From positions 19,817-83,816 of the forward strand of contig CBFGTM010000007.1 in the NCBI GenBank assembly GCA_965652025.1: DNA of 64,000 bases. Direction: 5' to 3'. The translations under genes were made by a program, and so were the position numbers. Within the stretch, counting starts at the first letter, position 1, and the number at the start of each line of letters is the position of its first letter. Shown here piece by piece: positions 61,047-64,000 of this stretch. A model generated the notes under the pieces. It made no database searches. It was not told where the DNA came from and saw only the letters and a list, made by a program, of their open reading frames with translations. This DNA is from an uncultured Gemmatimonadales bacterium. Lineage in GTDB: Bacteria > Gemmatimonadota > Gemmatimonadetes > Gemmatimonadales > GWC2-71-9.

Positions 61047-61080
61047 GGCTCGAACCCAGGAGGGGCAACTCGAAGCGCCG
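61047..61080 (+). repeat. Second copy of the tRNA-Gln 3' end (att-like)
   Basis: ggctcgaacccaggaggggcaactcgaagcgccg versus ggttcgagcccaggaggggcaactgaaagcgccg at 59604-59637. Confidence 0.8.
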
Positions 61081-61389
61081 TGTCTGCATGCGCGGCCACT
61101 GCGCTTTGTTTGCCAGCTTTAGCCTCCGGAGCAGTTCACGGAGTTTCTGCTCGACATTGGAACCGAGCCGCTGGATAGTTTCCACCGCGCCACGCACTAC
61201 CGAAACGAACAGACGAAGCGTCCTTCCTACGGGGGGACTCTGATCCAGTGCTCTTGGTGTCACCATCCGATGCCGTAGTGTCAGCGCTCTCGCCAAGGGG
61301 CCTTGTCACGCGAATCAGCTTCGGTCTGGCGACGGCTCTTGCTTGATAGAAGACAAACCCATCGAGTGGTTGTCAACGAGGGAGGCTTG

Positions 61390-63741
61390 CTATCGCAACC
61401 CCATCCGGTCGACTAGCCGGGCGAATCGCGGATCCCGACGGAATGGATCGAGCGCAGGATCGAAAAAGCTCTCGGCCAAGATGATGTCACGCTGGTCGAT
61501 CCCCCTCTCCAGCCACTCTAGGACTCGCGTGGTATCGCCCAGTCCGGCGTACACGACCGCGAAGCCGAACGGTGACACATACTCACGTGCAGACCGTCGC
61601 CGGAGTTCCTTCAAGATCCTCCCCGCCGCCATGTGGTCCCCGGACGCCGCATAGGCATACGCAAGCGCTGCCGGCACAAGCCCATGGAACCCGCCGAGAT
61701 CCACCGCGCGCCGCAGCGATGCGATCGCCTCGCCGTAACGGCCTTGCTGGCTCTGAACTTGCCCAAGCACGAAGTGCGCCTGGGAGTAATTCTGGTCCAG
61801 TGCGAGCGTTCGGCGAATCTCTTCAGTAGCCTCCTGAGAGCGGTGCATGAGGTAATACACCCACGCGAGCTCGGTTCCGATTTGACGGGACAAGGGATCC
61901 AGCGTATGTGCGCGGCGCATCTCGCGCATGCTTTCCTCGAGCCGCCCACGGCCGGCGAGGAAGTCGCCATACCAATGGTGGCCGGTGGGGTAGTTTGGGT
62001 TCGCTGCGATGGCTCGGCGGAAGCTCTCTTCCGCGGCCGGCCAGTCCCACTCGTAGGCCATGGTTCCATACGCGACCGAGGTGTACGCCTCGGCGGACAT
62101 GCTGTCGAGCGCGAGCGCTTTGGCCGCGGCGGCCTTGGCTCTGGGCCACGCTACGGCGGGCGAGACGCCGGCAAAGGGCGGGAGGAGGATATACGCGTCG
62201 GCGAGGCCGGCGTACGCTCTCGCGAATGTCGTGTCACGGGCGACCGCCTGCTCGAAGTAACGCACCGCCTCCGGGAGGGCGGCCTGGGTTCGCTGGTTCC
62301 ACGCAAATCGGCCTTGGAGGTAAAGGTCATAGGCCTGGAGGTCCTCCGTGGGACGGGCAGCCAGCGCCGAGTCGGGTCCGGGGGCGAGACGCACTTGAAG
62401 CGCCGCAACGATAGCTCGCGCGATCTCCTCCTGCACGGCGAACACATCGGCCAGGTCGCGATCATACGAATCCGACCACAGCTGGTACCCGTCCTTCGCG
62501 CTGCTCAACTGAGCAGTCACCCGGAGACGATTTTCGCTCCTCCGGACTCCTCCCTCCAGAACCGCCCCGACACCGAGCTTGCGACCCACTTCGCGGACAT
62601 CGGTATTCCGCCCTTTGAACTGAAACGACGATGTCGGGGCGGCCACACGGAGTCCCTTGATCTGGCTCAAGGAGGTGATCAGTTCCTCGGTCAAACCGTC
62701 GCTGAAGTATTCCTGATCCTTCTGCGGGCTCATGTCTACGAACGGGAGGACGGCGGCCGAGGCTGGAGGCGCCTCGTCCCCACCCCCTGCGTGCTCAAGG
62801 AAGACATACCAGGCGAGGAGCGCGAGCAGCGGCAGACCGGCCACTGCGGCCGTCCGCAGCCCCCTCTTCTGGGCCAGAGCGCGCACGGGAATAGTCGGCG
62901 GCGATGGATCCAAAAGATTGGGGGCTAGTGCGGCAGCGAACTCGCTGGCCGTTGGGAATCGATCGGCCGGTGTCCGAGCGAGCGACCGGGTCACCGCGCG
63001 CTCGATCGAGTGCGGCACCTCACGAATAACTCCCAGGTGCGGCACCGGCTCGCTCAGCCGCTTGGCCAGGATCGCCTGGTGGCTTGGACCGGTGAACGGG
63101 GGCTCCCCGGCGAGCATCTCGTAGAGCACACAGCCCAGCGCGTAGATGTCACTGCGAGGATCTACCTGACCGCCAGTAGCTTGCTCGGGGGCCATGTAGG
63201 CGGGTGTGCCCACGGCCATGCCGGTCTCGGTGAGCGAGCCTGCTCCGGCTGCCTCAAGCGCCCGAGCCACGCCGAAGTCGGCCACGCGCGCGTGACCACG
63301 GGAGAGCAGGATGTTCTCCGGCTTGATGTCGCGGTGCACCACGCCGTGCGCGTGCGCGCAGTCGAGGGCGTCGGTGACCTCCCGGGCGAGCTGCACCGCC
63401 TGCTGCACTGGAAGTTGGCCCTCGCGCTTCAGGCGCTCACGCAGGTTCTCCCCTTCCACGTACGGCATGGTATACCACAGGAGCCCTGCCGCTTCCCCGG
63501 AGTCAAAAACCGGCAGGATGTGCGGGTGGTCGAGCCGGGCGGTCGTACGGATCTCGCGCAGGAAGCGTTCAGTCCCCAGGCTGGCGGCCAGCTCGGGGTG
63601 CAGGACCTTCAGTGCGACCGGCCGGTCGTGGCGGACATCTTGGGCGAGGTAGACCGTGGCCATGCCGCCCCGCCCGAGCTCCCGCTCGATCACATAGCGG
63701 TCGCGCAGGGCATCGGTGAGGAGCGAGTCGACTGCGGTCAC
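61390..63741 (-). CDS. Ser/Thr protein kinase with TM helix, TolB-N-like periplasmic module and TPR domain
   Basis: GRGGMATVYLAQD, VALKVL, HRDIKPENILL, DFGVA. TM AVAGLPLLALLAWYVFL. AVLPFVDMSPQKDQEYFSDGLTEELITSL, then TPR repeats to the C-terminus. Confidence 0.9.
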   Translation of the reverse strand: MTAVDSLLTDALRDRYVIERELGRGGMATVYLAQDVRHDRPVALKVLHPELAASLGTERFLREIRTTARLDHPHILPVFDSGEAAGLLWYTMPYVEGENLRERLKREGQLPVQQAVQLAREVTDALDCAHAHGVVHRDIKPENILLSRGHARVADFGVARALEAAGAGSLTETGMAVGTPAYMAPEQATGGQVDPRSDIYALGCVLYEMLAGEPPFTGPSHQAILAKRLSEPVPHLGVIREVPHSIERAVTRSLARTPADRFPTASEFAAALAPNLLDPSPPTIPVRALAQKRGLRTAAVAGLPLLALLAWYVFLEHAGGGDEAPPASAAVLPFVDMSPQKDQEYFSDGLTEELITSLSQIKGLRVAAPTSSFQFKGRNTDVREVGRKLGVGAVLEGGVRRSENRLRVTAQLSSAKDGYQLWSDSYDRDLADVFAVQEEIARAIVAALQVRLAPGPDSALAARPTEDLQAYDLYLQGRFAWNQRTQAALPEAVRYFEQAVARDTTFARAYAGLADAYILLPPFAGVSPAVAWPRAKAAAAKALALDSMSAEAYTSVAYGTMAYEWDWPAAEESFRRAIAANPNYPTGHHWYGDFLAGRGRLEESMREMRRAHTLDPLSRQIGTELAWVYYLMHRSQEATEEIRRTLALDQNYSQAHFVLGQVQSQQGRYGEAIASLRRAVDLGGFHGLVPAALAYAYAASGDHMAAGRILKELRRRSAREYVSPFGFAVVYAGLGDTTRVLEWLERGIDQRDIILAESFFDPALDPFRRDPRFARLVDRMGLR

Positions 63742-63844
63742 AACACGGCCTGGCGGGGATGACTAGAATGTGGCGTGGATGATCGCAGATTGCCAGGAAG
63801 TGTCGCTCGCCCTCGGGCTTATCCGAACGTGAACCGCCGCCCCT

Positions 63845-63873
63845 TCGGCTCGAGCCCAGGAGGGCTCTGAAAC
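63845..63873 (+). repeat. Third, more degenerate copy of the tRNA-Gln 3' end
   Basis: ggctcgagcccaggaggg (63847-63864) matches tRNA positions 59604-59621 at 17/18, followed by ctctgaaac versus gcaactgaaag. It shares the tcggctcga 5' flank with copy 2. Confidence 0.55.
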
Positions 63874-64000
63874 TTGGGCTATCTCACCTGCAATCCCACG
63901 GTGAGCCGGTGCAAGCGGGGCGAGCGGCAGCTCAGTCTTCACCCTGCGCACGATGATAGGCCACCAGAGCGTTGGCGTGCCCGTGGCCCATCTTGTGTTC

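Larger units (their letters stand above)
59626..61080. mobile_element. Decayed integrated element at tRNA-Gln (integrase remnant + arsR/SRPBCC cargo), bounded by a repeat of the tRNA 3' end
   Basis: 59604-59637 (last 22 nt of tRNA-Gln plus 12 nt) recurs at 61047-61080 with 30/34 identities by my count. An integrase C-terminal remnant abuts the tRNA. Locally lower GC near 59700-59800. Confidence 0.6.

Noticed and set aside
60958-61296. 112-aa minus-strand ORF in the gene-poor stretch between the SRPBCC gene and the second kinase
   Set aside because: It runs across the att-like repeat, has no start context or family resemblance, and is Arg/Leu-rich. It may be decayed island DNA. Not annotated.
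61633-62928. 431-aa plus-strand ORF (and 63010-63762, 250 aa)
   Set aside because: Antisense to the Ser/Thr kinase, whose catalytic motifs are intact.
63932-64000. Minus-strand frame open to the window edge, ending ...EHKMGHGHANALVAYHRAQGED then a stop
   Set aside because: Only 22 codons are visible, which is too short to identify or to support as a feature.

Overview
High-GC (about two-thirds G+C by eye) bacterial chromosomal segment. It is densely coding on both strands, with many ATGA/GTGA/TTGA/TAATG start-stop overlaps that indicate operons. I support about 55 protein genes, two tRNAs (Ala-CGC, Gln-CTG), no rRNA and no CRISPR array. Taxon cannot be fixed from the sequence; the many TPR-linked Ser/Thr kinases and the DUF4384 and DUF6265 proteins are reminiscent of Gemmatimonadota or Acidobacteriota (inference only). 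Content from left to right: PiT/DUF47 phosphate uptake; a GAF-PAS hybrid histidine kinase; a three-gene minus-strand string of a gamma-class N6-adenine DNA methyltransferase, an SNF2-type helicase and a HAD hydrolase; a GT2 enzyme; an LD-carboxypeptidase/hydrolase/SDR/NUDIX operon; a DtxR-family regulator with mntH, a Tat-exported multicopper oxidase, a ZIP transporter and a putative OM protein; an AttEFGH-like ABC system; a synthase-dependent exopolysaccharide-like locus (epimerase, TPR+beta-barrel OM protein, HEAT protein, PgaC-like GT2 synthase, histidine kinase, CheY-like receiver, TPR+glycosidase-like protein); a DUF4384 protein with an extreme Tyr-rich region; an M13 peptidase; nadE; a thioesterase/patatin/CBS/DUF2203 operon; a short MutY-like glycosylase; mlaEFD; rnz; an ECF sigma/anti-sigma pair; and two paralogous TPR Ser/Thr kinases flanking the tRNA pair. 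Signals most worth follow-up: (1) a family of GTAAGCG/GTGAGCG heptamer-octamer arrays, usually in inverted pairs at gene ends. They carry stop codons in all frames on one strand and none on the other. One copy is inserted in frame in nadE and two bracket translation starts. (2) The methyltransferase + SNF2 helicase pair, which has no recognisable nuclease and long gene overlaps. (3) The HEAT/GT2/two-component polysaccharide locus. (4) Three copies of the tRNA-Gln 3' end marking decayed integrations. All functional calls rest on motif recognition by eye; no database search was possible.
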